64,000 nucleotides of DNA from contig CAWFOY010000003.1 of NCBI GenBank assembly GCA_963817575.1, positions 1,680 to 65,679 on the forward strand, given 5' to 3'. The translations under genes and the position numbers were made by a program. Positions 1-9,737 of the stretch are shown here, piece by piece. Position 1 is the stretch's first letter, and each line of letters begins with the position of its first letter. Source of the stretch: an uncultured Gemmatimonadales bacterium. Lineage in GTDB: Bacteria > Gemmatimonadota > Gemmatimonadetes > Gemmatimonadales > GWC2-71-9. The notes under the pieces were generated by a model. The model saw only the letters and a list, made by a program, of their open reading frames with translations, made no database searches and was not told where the DNA came from.

Positions 1-820
1 GCGCCACGTCCACCAGGCCGAGGTCGCACTCGACCACGAGGACCTCATCGCCCTCGCCGGCCTGCTGGAGGACCTTGCCGTAGGGGTCGGCCACGAAGCT
101 TCCGCCCCAGAACTCGATCCCGCCGGGCGCGGCCGCGCCCTCGTGCCCCACCCGGTTCGCGGCGACCACGAAGGCGCCGTTGGCGATTGCGTGGCTCCGC
201 TGCATCGTCATCCAGGCGTCCTTCTGCGCCGCGCCGTACTTCGCCTTCTCCGGCGGCAGCCAGCCGATGGCCGTGGGGTAGAACAGGATCTGGGCGCCCT
301 GCAGCGCGGTGAGGCGCGCGCCCTCGGGGTACCACTGGTCCCAGCAGACGAGGACGCCGATCCGGCCGTAGGCGGTGTCCCACGCGCGGAAGCCGAGGTC
401 ACCCGGGGTGAAGTAGAACTTCTCGAAGTACTGCGGGTCGTCCGGAATGTGCATCTTCCGGTACTTGCCGAGGTAGCGGCCGTTGGCGTCGATGACAGCC
501 GCCGTGTTGTGATACAGCCCCTCGGCGCGCTTCTCGAACAGCGACGCGATGATCACGACGTTGAGCTCGTCCGCGAGCTTCCCCAGCGCCTCGGTACTCG
601 GGCCGGGGATGGCCTCCGCGAGCGCGAAGTTCGCGTGGTCCTCGGTCTGGCAGAAGTACTGCGAACGGAAAAGCTCCTGCAGGCAGATGATCTTCGCCCC
701 ACGGCTCGCGGCGGTCCGGATGCCGGCAACGGCCCGGGCCAGGTTGTCCGCCGGATCGGTTGAACAGCGCATCTGGACCAGCCCGACCGGCACCTTCCGC
801 AGCGGGATCTCGTTCGTCAT
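1..820 (-). CDS. aguB: N-carbamoylputrescine amidase-like carbon-nitrogen hydrolase (3' end runs off the window)
   Basis: Absent from the ORF track because it has no stop codon inside the window. Hand translation of the minus strand from ATG 820..818 gives MTNEIPLRKVPVGLVQMRCSTDPADNLARAV..IICLQELF..YRKMHIPDDPQYFEKFYFTPGD..GVLVCWDQWYPEGARL..GGSFVADPYGKVL. This shows the nitrilase-superfamily Glu/Lys/Cys triad in the sequence context typical of AguB. Confidence 0.85.
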   Translation of the reverse strand, partial: MTNEIPLRKVPVGLVQMRCSTDPADNLARAVAGIRTAASRGAKIICLQELFRSQYFCQTEDHANFALAEAIPGPSTEALGKLADELNVVIIASLFEKRAEGLYHNTAAVIDANGRYLGKYRKMHIPDDPQYFEKFYFTPGDLGFRAWDTAYGRIGVLVCWDQWYPEGARLTALQGAQILFYPTAIGWLPPEKAKYGAAQKDAWMTMQRSHAIANGAFVVAANRVGHEGAAAPGGIEFWGGSFVADPYGKVLQQAGEGDEVLVVECDLGLVDVA

Positions 821-918
821 GGCGGGAAAATAGAGGTATAATCCCGCCCTGCAACCTTCCGGGGTCGCTGTACGTCAGATGACGTTGGTTCCCCCCGACA
901 GTTCCGTCCTAATCCGAG

Positions 919-2892
919 GTGAATTCGATGTTGCTTTCGCTCCTTCTCGTCCTGGCCCAGGAGCCGCAGCAGGTGGCGGCCCCTTCGCCCGTCTCCCGCG
1001 TGGAGGTCACGCCTCCTCGCGCCGAAGTGCAGGTCGGCCAGACGCTGCAATTCCAGGCGCGGGCGCTGGATGCGGCGGGCCAGCCGGTGCCTGGCGTACG
1101 GTGGCAGTGGTTCAACGGCGGCAATGGCGGCTCGATGGATTCGACCGGTGTCCTCACCGCCGAATTCATGGGCACGGCACGGGTGGTCGCCGTCGCCCGC
1201 CTCGAGGGGAAGCGGTCGACCATCGGCGAGGCCACGGTCAAGGTGCTGCCGCAGCCCGCTTCGCGGATCGAGCTCGCGGCCGCACCGGCCCGCGTGGTCG
1301 TCGGCTCCCACCTGACGCTGTCCGGGACGCCGTACAGCGTCCAGGGCGATCGCCGCTATGACGCGATCGCGTTCAGCTCCAGTAATCCGAAGGTTGCCGC
1401 CGTGACTGAAGATGGCCGGCTCACGGCCGTGGCCCCCGGCAAGGCGACTATCACGGCGAAGGCGGGAAGCGCCACCGCCACGTACTCGGCGCAGGTCGTG
1501 CCGAACACGATCGCGCGCCTGGCGCTCGAGCCCGCGGCGACGACGGTCCGCACCGGCGATGTGGTGCACTTCAGCGCCAAGGCGACTGATGCCGCCGGCA
1601 AGCCGGTGCAGGACGTCGGCGTGCGGTGGTCCGTGGTCGGCGGCAACGGGGTCGCCCAGGTGGATGAGTCCGGGGCGTTCGTCGCGGAAGTTGCCGGCAG
1701 GTATACCGTCGCGGGAGACGTCGGCGGGAAGTCCGCCGAGGCGATCATCACGGTCGGCCCGAGGAACGCGGGTCGCGGCTTCGAGGTCTTGGGACGGGTG
1801 CCGATCACGGAGCGCGCCGCCGAGGTCTGGGTGCACCAGAACGGGAAGTGCGCCTACATGTCGACCATCGCCGACCGGGTATACGCCATCGACGTGTCGG
1901 ACGGGCACGCCCCGAAGATCGTCGATTCGATGATGACCAACGCCCGCATCGTGAACGACGTGATGACCACGGAGGACGGCAAGTACGGCGTCTTCTCGCG
2001 GGAGGGCGCGTCCGACCGCAAGAACGGCATCGTGGTGTTCGACGCATCCGACGCCTGCCACCCGAAGCCGATCGCCGAGTACACCGAGACCGTCTCGGGC
2101 GGCGTGCATTCGTCCTTCGTCTACAGGGGCCACGTGTACCTCACCGACGACGCCACCGGCTCGATGCGCGTCATCGATATTCGCGATCCGTACAAGCCGC
2201 GCGAGGTGGCGCGGTGGCAGACCGAGCAGGCCCAGCAGGGCCGCTACCTGCACGACGTGATGGTGACCGACGGGCTGGCCTATCTCAGCTACTGGGATGA
2301 CGGGCTGGTGATCCTGGACGTCGGCAACGGCATGAAGGGCGGCAGCCCCGAGAGCCCGAAACTGGTGTCGCAGTTCAAGTACGATCTCGACGCCCTGTAC
2401 GCCCGGGTGGAGCAGTACTGGGGCCTGAGCGCGCGCGGCACCCACACGGCGTGGCGGCACGGCAAGTACGTGTTCATCGGGGACGAGGTCTACGCCTCGC
2501 GGCCGACCAAGGGGCTGGAGGAGGGCAACGACCTGACCTTCGGCCGGATGCAGGTGCTCGACGTGTCCAACATCGAGCAGCCGAAGCTGGTCGCGTGGTA
2601 CGAGCCGACCGACGGCGGCGTACACAACATCTGGGTCGAGGGTGACACGCTCTACATGGGCAACTACCAGGGCGGCGCCCGTGCGGTGGACATCTCAGGC
2701 GAGCTCAAGGGCGACTTGCTCCGTCAGGGTCGTGAGATCGCCTGGACCTTCACCGCGGATGACAAGGGTGCGAAGCCCCGCTCGACGTTCGCCTGGGGCG
2801 CCGTCGTGAAGGACGGAACGATTTATGTCCCGGACATCAATAGCGGGCTGTGGATCCTCCGGCTGGAGCCGAAGGCGGCGGTGACACCATAA
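919..2892 (+). CDS. Secreted protein with N-terminal Ig-like (Big_2-type) repeats and a C-terminal LVIVD-repeat beta-propeller
   Basis: 657-aa ORF. It has a hydrophobic N-terminus and three roughly 90-aa repeats ending in ..AVAPGKATITAKAG-type Big_2 motifs. The C-terminal half carries repeated ..GLVILDVGN.., ..MRVIDIRDP.. and ..MQVLDVSNIEQP.. blades. The start may be ATG 928, which has GAGG 8 nt upstream, rather than GTG 919. Confidence 0.7.
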   Translation: MNSMLLSLLLVLAQEPQQVAAPSPVSRVEVTPPRAEVQVGQTLQFQARALDAAGQPVPGVRWQWFNGGNGGSMDSTGVLTAEFMGTARVVAVARLEGKRSTIGEATVKVLPQPASRIELAAAPARVVVGSHLTLSGTPYSVQGDRRYDAIAFSSSNPKVAAVTEDGRLTAVAPGKATITAKAGSATATYSAQVVPNTIARLALEPAATTVRTGDVVHFSAKATDAAGKPVQDVGVRWSVVGGNGVAQVDESGAFVAEVAGRYTVAGDVGGKSAEAIITVGPRNAGRGFEVLGRVPITERAAEVWVHQNGKCAYMSTIADRVYAIDVSDGHAPKIVDSMMTNARIVNDVMTTEDGKYGVFSREGASDRKNGIVVFDASDACHPKPIAEYTETVSGGVHSSFVYRGHVYLTDDATGSMRVIDIRDPYKPREVARWQTEQAQQGRYLHDVMVTDGLAYLSYWDDGLVILDVGNGMKGGSPESPKLVSQFKYDLDALYARVEQYWGLSARGTHTAWRHGKYVFIGDEVYASRPTKGLEEGNDLTFGRMQVLDVSNIEQPKLVAWYEPTDGGVHNIWVEGDTLYMGNYQGGARAVDISGELKGDLLRQGREIAWTFTADDKGAKPRSTFAWGAVVKDGTIYVPDINSGLWILRLEPKAAVTP

Positions 2893-2893
2893 C

Positions 2894-3009
2894 GGATGGG
2901 CAGATGGGCAGATGGGCAGTCTGATTTCAAAGCAAGCGACCCTCCGGTGACCCCGCCGGAGGGTTGCTCGTTCACGGAGTCAGCTGCCCATCTGCCCATC
3001 TGCCCATCC
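2894..3009. repeat. Nested palindromic element: a perfect 26-bp inverted repeat made of 3 x octamer GATGGGCA, flanking an inner terminator-like hairpin
   Basis: The left arm GGATGGGCAGATGGGCAGATGGGCAG (2894..2919) is the exact reverse complement of CTGCCCATCTGCCCATCTGCCCATCC (2984..3009). The inner hairpin is GCGACCCTCCGG (2936..2947) paired with CCGGAGGGTTGC (2956..2967). The element fills the gap between two convergent stop codons (2890..2892 and 3011..3013). Confidence 0.9.
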
Positions 3010-3010
3010 G

Positions 3011-4690
<1,680 letters not shown>

Positions 4691-4717
4691 AGGGCGGGGA
4701 AGATAGCGGAAAACCGA

Positions 4718-4743
4718 AAGGGCACGCCAGCGGGCGTGCCCTT
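4718..4743 (-). terminator. Rho-independent terminator downstream of the SWIB gene
   Basis: An 11-bp perfect stem AAGGGCACGCC / GGCGTGCCCTT with a 4-nt loop. On the minus strand it is followed by TTTCGGTTTTCC. Confidence 0.6.
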
Positions 4744-4771
4744 CCTCCGGTCCCTGCGGGGAGAACGGGAA

Positions 4772-5131
4772 CTACGACAGGTGCTTGCTGACCATCTTGG
4801 TCATGTCGAACATCGACACCTTCGACTTGCCACCGAAGACCACGCGGAGGTTGTCGTCGGCGTTGATCATGCGGCGCTCCTTGGAATCCTGGAGCCCCTT
4901 CCGCTTGATGTACTGCCACAGCTTCTTGGTGACTTCCGTGCGCGGCAGCGGGCTCGAGCCCACGACCGCCGAGAGGGCAGCCGACGGCTTCATCGGCTTC
5001 ATGAACGCCGCGGACGGCTTCCGCTTGGACGCCTTCTTGACCTTCCGCTTCGCCGTCTTTTTGACCTTCTTCTTCGCGACCTTCTTGGACTTCTTCACGG
5101 CCTTCTTCTTCGCCTTCTTCTTGGTGGCCAT
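4772..5131 (-). CDS. SWIB/MDM2-domain protein with a lysine-rich (histone H1-like) N-terminal tail
   Basis: 119 aa. The first ~40 residues are MATKKKAKKKAVKKSKKVAKKKVKKTAKRKVKKASKRK. The C-terminal part ..LPRTEVTKKLWQYIKRKGLQDSKERRMINADDNLRVVFGG..VSMFDMTKMVSKHL is a typical SWIB fold signature. Confidence 0.8.
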   Translation of the reverse strand: MATKKKAKKKAVKKSKKVAKKKVKKTAKRKVKKASKRKPSAAFMKPMKPSAALSAVVGSSPLPRTEVTKKLWQYIKRKGLQDSKERRMINADDNLRVVFGGKSKVSMFDMTKMVSKHLS

Positions 5132-5451
5132 TAGCTGGTCTCCGTCAGAGGGTGAACGTCAGGATTGCCGCAGGGGAAAGCACCTCACTGCGGCCTCAAG
5201 ATAGTGACTTTTCCCTCTGGCAACAATAGGAAAACGCCCATTTTCCCTCGGAAATGCCCCGTGCGGGACCGACCGGGCGCCCCGCAGGGCCGACCGGGCC
5301 GTCCGGGATACCGTCATTTCTCAGAGGGAAACGGCTCAGCACCGGCGGTCCGGGGCAGCCCCCACGTCCTCGGCGCGCGGTTGAAACCTGCGACCGTTTC
5401 CAGAGGTCAGGTTATCATCCAGTCACCTCGTCAATCCGGGAATCGTGTCCA

Positions 5452-6687
5452 ATGCGCCTCATCCTGCTCTCCGCGCTCCTGGCCGCCGTGCTGGCCGGCA
5501 GCGCTGCCGGCCAGCACGAATCGCCGGCCTCGACCTGCGCCCCCGATGACGCAGGCCTCCAGCTTCCCTCGGGATTCTGCGGGATTCCCTTCGCAACGGG
5601 ACTTGGCCGGGTGCGACACCTGGCCGTCGCCGCGAACGGCGATGTGTTTGTTGCCACGCGCGGGGATTCGGGTGGCGTGATATCTCTGCGTGACGCCGAT
5701 GGCGATGGACGCGCCGAAACGGTGCATCGATTCGGCCCCGGGGGTGGCACGGGGATCGCGCTTTCGCAGGATGCGCTCTACTTCGCATTGAACGACCGCG
5801 TGGTGCGGTGGACGTGGGCCCCGGGGCAACTGGAGCCGGCCGGTGAGCCGGTGACCATCGTCGGGGACCTGCCGACCGCCGGCAATCACGGCGCAAAGTC
5901 GATTGCGCTGGGCCAGGACGGCGCGCTGTACCTCGGCGTCGGGTCCGCCTCGAATAGCTGCCAGGTGGAGAATCGCGTGGACCGTTCCCCGGGGCAGGAC
6001 CCGTGTCCGGAGCTTGCGACCCGGGCCGGGATCTGGCGGTTCGACGCCGCGAAGTCAGGCCAGCGCCAGGGGGACGGGGTGCGCTTCGCCACCGGCCTCA
6101 GGAATCCGACCGCAATCGCGATCCAACCGGCCGGCGGGGCGCTTTATGCGGCGCCTTTCGGCAGGGACCAGCTGAGCGACAACTGGGGATACTCGGACTC
6201 GCTCAACGCGGAACTCCCGTCAGAGGAGTTCGTGGCCGTTGCCAACGGCGATGACTTCGGATGGCCCTACTGCTACAATGATCATCTCCAACGCCGGAAG
6301 GTGTTGGCGCCGGAGTACGGCGGCGACGGCAAGACGGTAGGGCGATGCGCGAAGGCCAAGCGGCCGGCGATCGGATTCCCGGGGCACTGGGCGCCGATGG
6401 CGATCGCCTTCCAGCCGTCGGAGGCCTTCGGCAAGGACTATCTGGGCGGCGCGTTCGTCGCGTTCCACGGCTCGTGGAACCGCGCGCCGCTGCCGCAGGC
6501 CGGCTTCCGGATCGCGTTCGTGCCGTTCCGGGACGGGAAGCCGACTGGGGAGTACTCCACGTTTGCCGCACGCCGGGGTAATCCCCAGGGTCTCCGGGCG
6601 TCCGGCGTGGCGGTCGGCCCGGACGGATCGCTGTACATTTCGGACGAAAACGCGGGTACCATTACGCGCGTCGTGCGCCGGCCCTGA
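5452..6687 (+). CDS. PQQ-dependent sugar (glucose/sorbosone) dehydrogenase-like beta-propeller, secreted
   Basis: The track ORF starts at 5254. The signal peptide MRLILLSALLAAVLAGSAAGQ starts at ATG 5452 in the same frame. The C-terminal region ..GFPGHWAPMAIAF..AFHGSWNRAP..GVAVGPDGSLYISDENAGTITRV is typical of the sorbosone/glucose dehydrogenase family. Confidence 0.7.
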   Translation: MRLILLSALLAAVLAGSAAGQHESPASTCAPDDAGLQLPSGFCGIPFATGLGRVRHLAVAANGDVFVATRGDSGGVISLRDADGDGRAETVHRFGPGGGTGIALSQDALYFALNDRVVRWTWAPGQLEPAGEPVTIVGDLPTAGNHGAKSIALGQDGALYLGVGSASNSCQVENRVDRSPGQDPCPELATRAGIWRFDAAKSGQRQGDGVRFATGLRNPTAIAIQPAGGALYAAPFGRDQLSDNWGYSDSLNAELPSEEFVAVANGDDFGWPYCYNDHLQRRKVLAPEYGGDGKTVGRCAKAKRPAIGFPGHWAPMAIAFQPSEAFGKDYLGGAFVAFHGSWNRAPLPQAGFRIAFVPFRDGKPTGEYSTFAARRGNPQGLRASGVAVGPDGSLYISDENAGTITRVVRRP

Positions 6688-6716
6688 GGCCGCGCGCCAC
6701 TCATCAAGGAGGTCCG

Positions 6717-7277
6717 ATGCAACACTGGAAACGGGGGGCGTTGGTGCTGGCCCTCCTCGCGCCCGCGGTTGCCGGGAGTGCTGGGGCTCAGGCACCGCTC
6801 GACGTCGGTGCCGTCGCCCCCGATTTCGCACTGATCGGTGCGACGAAGGACGGCGTGCTCCGGGACTCGGTTCGCCTGAGCGATTTCCGGGGCGAGACCG
6901 TGGTGCTGGCCTTTTTCTTCAAGGCACGGACCAAGGGCTGAACCATTCAAATGAACGCGTACCGTGATCAGTACGCGACGGTCTTCAACAGCGGTGAAAA
7001 GGTGGTGCTTCTCGCGGTCAGCGCGGACACCCCCGAGGCGTTGCATTCGTGGGCGAGCGATTCGGGATATCCGTTCCGGTTCCTGAGCGATCCCGGCGGC
7101 AGGGTCGGGCAGGCGTACGGCGCCTTCAATGCGAGCTATACCCTCGACAATCGGAACTTGTTCGTGGTTGGGCCGGATGGGAAAATTGCCTTTCGGGCGA
7201 TCCCGTTTCGGGAGGTCGATCCCCAGGCCTACAAGGACCTCGACGCGGCGATCGATGGCCTCGCCGCCAAGCGCTGA
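6717..7277 (+). CDS. Secreted AhpC/TSA (Bcp-like) peroxiredoxin with in-frame TGA at the peroxidatic residue; probable selenocysteine-containing 1-Sec Prx
   Basis: Track ORFs 6717..6941 and 6951..7277 share one frame and are separated by TGA 6939..6941. The joined sequence ..FRGETVVLAFFFKARTKG-U-TIQMNAYRDQY..VVLLAVSAD..NRNLFVVGPDGKI.. is a Prx fold with the TGA at the T-x-x-C position. The protein has no other Cys. There is a strong SD (AAGGAGG) before ATG 6717 and none before ATG 6951. Confidence 0.7.
6956..6977 (+). promoter_or_regulatory. SECIS-like hairpin downstream of the in-frame UGA
   Basis: A perfect 7-bp stem CGCGTAC (6956..6962) / GTACGCG (6971..6977) with an 8-nt loop CGUGAUCA. 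The stem starts 14 nt after the UGA and the loop 21 nt after it. G/GU lies near the 5' side of the loop, as in bacterial SECIS models. Confidence 0.5.
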
Positions 7278-7317
7278 ACCCATTCCGCCGCCGCGCGGGC
7301 GCGCCTAGTTTCCGACG

Positions 7318-7839
7318 ATGCTTGCCCTGCTCAAGCTCCTGCAGGCGCTCGTCAAGGCGCTCCATTCCGAGGGCACGCCCGGTCAGGTCGCAGCCGGGAT
7401 CGCCCTCGGTGCCGCGCTTGGACTCACCCCGCTCATCAATGTCCACAACGCGCTGATCTTCGCGCTCATCCTCGTCCTCAACGTCTCCTTCGGCGGTGCG
7501 ATGCTGGGGTGGCTGTTCTTCACCCCGTTCGGCTTCATGCTCGATCCGCTGTTCGATGTGATCGGCAGGAAGCTCCTCCTCGGGACGCCGGCGCTCACTC
7601 CCCTCTGGACGGCCTGGTACAACACCCCCGGCGTCCCCTACACCAATTTCAACAATTCGGTGGTGCTGGGGAGCTTCCTGGTGTGGCTGATCCTGGCGCT
7701 TCCCATTTTCATCCTCGCCCGAATCGGCGTGGAAAGGTACCGCGCGACCCTCGGCGAGCGGGTCAGGCAGTCCAAGTTTTACAAGGCGGTGACGGCCTCC
7801 AAGGCGTACAACGTGTACCGCCTGTTCCGGCCGGAGTGA
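7318..7839 (+). CDS. Small polytopic membrane protein, TIGR03546/DUF2062-like
   Basis: 173 aa. The sequence ..TPGQVAAGIALGAALGLTPLINVHNALIFALILVLN.. plus further TM segments fits that family. It lies immediately upstream (3-nt gap) of a large anchored protein, the arrangement I recall for the TIGR03546/TIGR03545 pair. The family name is from memory and was not searched. Confidence 0.5.
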   Translation: MLALLKLLQALVKALHSEGTPGQVAAGIALGAALGLTPLINVHNALIFALILVLNVSFGGAMLGWLFFTPFGFMLDPLFDVIGRKLLLGTPALTPLWTAWYNTPGVPYTNFNNSVVLGSFLVWLILALPIFILARIGVERYRATLGERVRQSKFYKAVTASKAYNVYRLFRPE

Positions 7840-7842
7840 GCG

Positions 7843-9669
7843 ATGCGTGTCCGCCTGGTGCGCTGGTCCGGCCTGCTGCCCCTCCTGGGCTTTCTCGTGC
7901 TGATCGGAATCGGCTGGCTCCTCCTCGGTGACTTCATCGTGGAGCAGACCAGCGAGGAAGCGTCCACGGAGCTCCTCGGCACACAGGTAGATGTCGCCTC
8001 GCTGCACATTCGCGAGACCCAATCCGCCGTGGATATCGGCGGGCTCGAGATCGCGGATCCGTTCAACCCGATGCGCAATCTCATCGAGGCGCGCGGCATC
8101 CGGCTCGCGCTCGAGCCCGAGCCGCTGCTCGAGAAGAAGCTGGTCATCCGCCGCCTCACCCTCGAGGACCTCCGGTTTGGCACCGCCCGCCGCAAGGCCG
8201 CGCGGCCTGTCAGGGGCGGGGGCTTCGCACCGCAAACGCTCCGCGCGCTCAACGAATGGCGGGAGCAGTTCGACGTGCCGCTGCTCTCCCTGACACCGAT
8301 CGACACGATCAAGGCGATCGTACTCGACCCTTCCCAGCTATCCACAGTGTCCGCCGCGGAGGCGCTGCGCACCCGGGCGGATTCCACGAAACAGGCGCTC
8401 GAGGCGCAATGGGCCGCGATCAACGTCTCGGGGATCGTGGATAGTGCAAACGCCATCGCAAAGCGGCTCGAGGGGGCCACGACGACCCAGCTCGGCCTCG
8501 ACGGGACGCGCAGGGCGGTGGCCGATGTGCAGCACGCGATCGCGCTGGTGGATGGCACCGAGAAGCAGGTTCGGGGACTCTCGGACGGCGTGCAGCTGGG
8601 CGTTCGCGGCCTCGCCGAGGGCGTGGAATCGGTGAACGAGGCCCGGCAACGTGACTACGCGTTCGTGCGGGGGCTCATGAAACTGCCATCGCTCGAGGGC
8701 CCGGCGATCGGCGGCGCCTTCTTCGGGAAGGTGAGCATCGATCGCTTCCAGCGCGCGGTGTACTGGGCCGAGCTGGCGCAGAAATACCTGCCGCCCGGCT
8801 TGAAGCCGCAGGCCCAGGCCGGACCGAAACGGCTGCGCATGGACGGCACGACGGTTCGCTTCCCCCTCGAGAAGCATTGGCCGCCCTTCCTCCTCCAGGC
8901 CGGCGACCTGAGCTTCAGCCTTGCCAGCGGCGTGGCAAAGGGCTCGTATGCGCTCGAGGTGCGCAACGTCACTACGACACCGGCCCTCCTCGGCCACCCC
9001 ACCACGTTCACGGCGTCCCGTTCCGCTCCGGGAACGTCGTTGCCGTTGATCGACGTGCGGGGCTTGCTCGATCATACCCGCGCGACGCCACGCGACCAGG
9101 TGCGCGCGGCACTGGCCCGGGTCCCTCTCCCGGCGTTCGACCTGCCGGGCCTCCCCTTCCGGGTCGAGCCGGGGCAGGGCAGCATGCGCTTCGACTTCAC
9201 GCTCGTAGGGCGTGACGTCGACGCCCGCTGGAACATCCGGTCTACGGAGGTCCGCTGGCCTGTGGATTCCTCCCGCGCCCGCACGCTGACCGATATGGAG
9301 TCCCTCGTCGGCCGGGTGCTGCAGGGGCTTGGCACGCTCGAGGTCGAGGCACGGCTCATCGGGCCGCTGGCGCATCCGAGGCTGTCGGTGCACTCCAATC
9401 TCGACGATGCCGTCGCAGCCCGCCTGCGCGGCCTGCTCGGGGAGGCGGTCGCCGCCGGCGAGCGGATGGCCCGTGCCAAGGTGGACAGTGTTGTGAATGC
9501 CCAGATTCAGCCGGTGCTCGCGCAAGTCGGCACGATCACCGCCGAGGCGGAGCGCAGGGTTCCCGCGGCCCAGGGGCAGCTGGGACAGGCGAGGGCGGTC
9601 CTCGAGGATCGGCTCAGGACCCTCACGGCCGGCCTGGGCGGCCAGCTCAAGCTGCCTGGCCTGCCCTAG
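7843..9669 (+). CDS. N-terminally anchored large protein, TIGR03545 / AsmA-DUF748-like
   Basis: 608 aa with a single N-terminal TM segment (LLPLLGFLVLIGIGWLLLG). The rest is soluble and Ala/Leu/Arg-rich. It is paired with the preceding small membrane protein. Confidence 0.45.
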   Translation: MRVRLVRWSGLLPLLGFLVLIGIGWLLLGDFIVEQTSEEASTELLGTQVDVASLHIRETQSAVDIGGLEIADPFNPMRNLIEARGIRLALEPEPLLEKKLVIRRLTLEDLRFGTARRKAARPVRGGGFAPQTLRALNEWREQFDVPLLSLTPIDTIKAIVLDPSQLSTVSAAEALRTRADSTKQALEAQWAAINVSGIVDSANAIAKRLEGATTTQLGLDGTRRAVADVQHAIALVDGTEKQVRGLSDGVQLGVRGLAEGVESVNEARQRDYAFVRGLMKLPSLEGPAIGGAFFGKVSIDRFQRAVYWAELAQKYLPPGLKPQAQAGPKRLRMDGTTVRFPLEKHWPPFLLQAGDLSFSLASGVAKGSYALEVRNVTTTPALLGHPTTFTASRSAPGTSLPLIDVRGLLDHTRATPRDQVRAALARVPLPAFDLPGLPFRVEPGQGSMRFDFTLVGRDVDARWNIRSTEVRWPVDSSRARTLTDMESLVGRVLQGLGTLEVEARLIGPLAHPRLSVHSNLDDAVAARLRGLLGEAVAAGERMARAKVDSVVNAQIQPVLAQVGTITAEAERRVPAAQGQLGQARAVLEDRLRTLTAGLGGQLKLPGLP

Positions 9670-9737
9670 CGATCCCTTCGCAAGGAGCCCGGTCCGGCGT
9701 AGATTGACGGGACTTCCACTTCTCCAGTCGAGGCGTA

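Noticed and set aside
817-2625. Very long ORFs antisense to recognisable genes. Examples: 817..2625(-), 3443..5134(+), 16202..17458(+), 20856..22412(-), 23759..25576(-), 28251..29807(-), 30922..33006(+), 39838..40968(-), 48972..51470(+), 59531..61627(-) and 63104..63910(-).
   Set aside because: Their translations are Arg/Gly/Pro/His-rich low-complexity strings with no recognisable motifs. Each lies opposite a gene with clear family signatures. These are typical stop-codon-poor shadow frames in high-GC DNA.
2894-3009. CRISPR arrays or a minisatellite as an explanation for the tandem octamers.
   Set aside because: The units are 8 nt with no spacers, only 2-5 copies are present, and they are arranged as hairpin arms. 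There are no cas genes in the window.
6951-7277. Treating 6951..7277 as an independent small gene, with 6717..6941 as a separate 74-aa protein.
   Set aside because: There is no SD before ATG 6951. Both pieces are halves of one thioredoxin-fold Prx domain in the same frame, and neither half could fold alone. The stop sits exactly at the catalytic residue.
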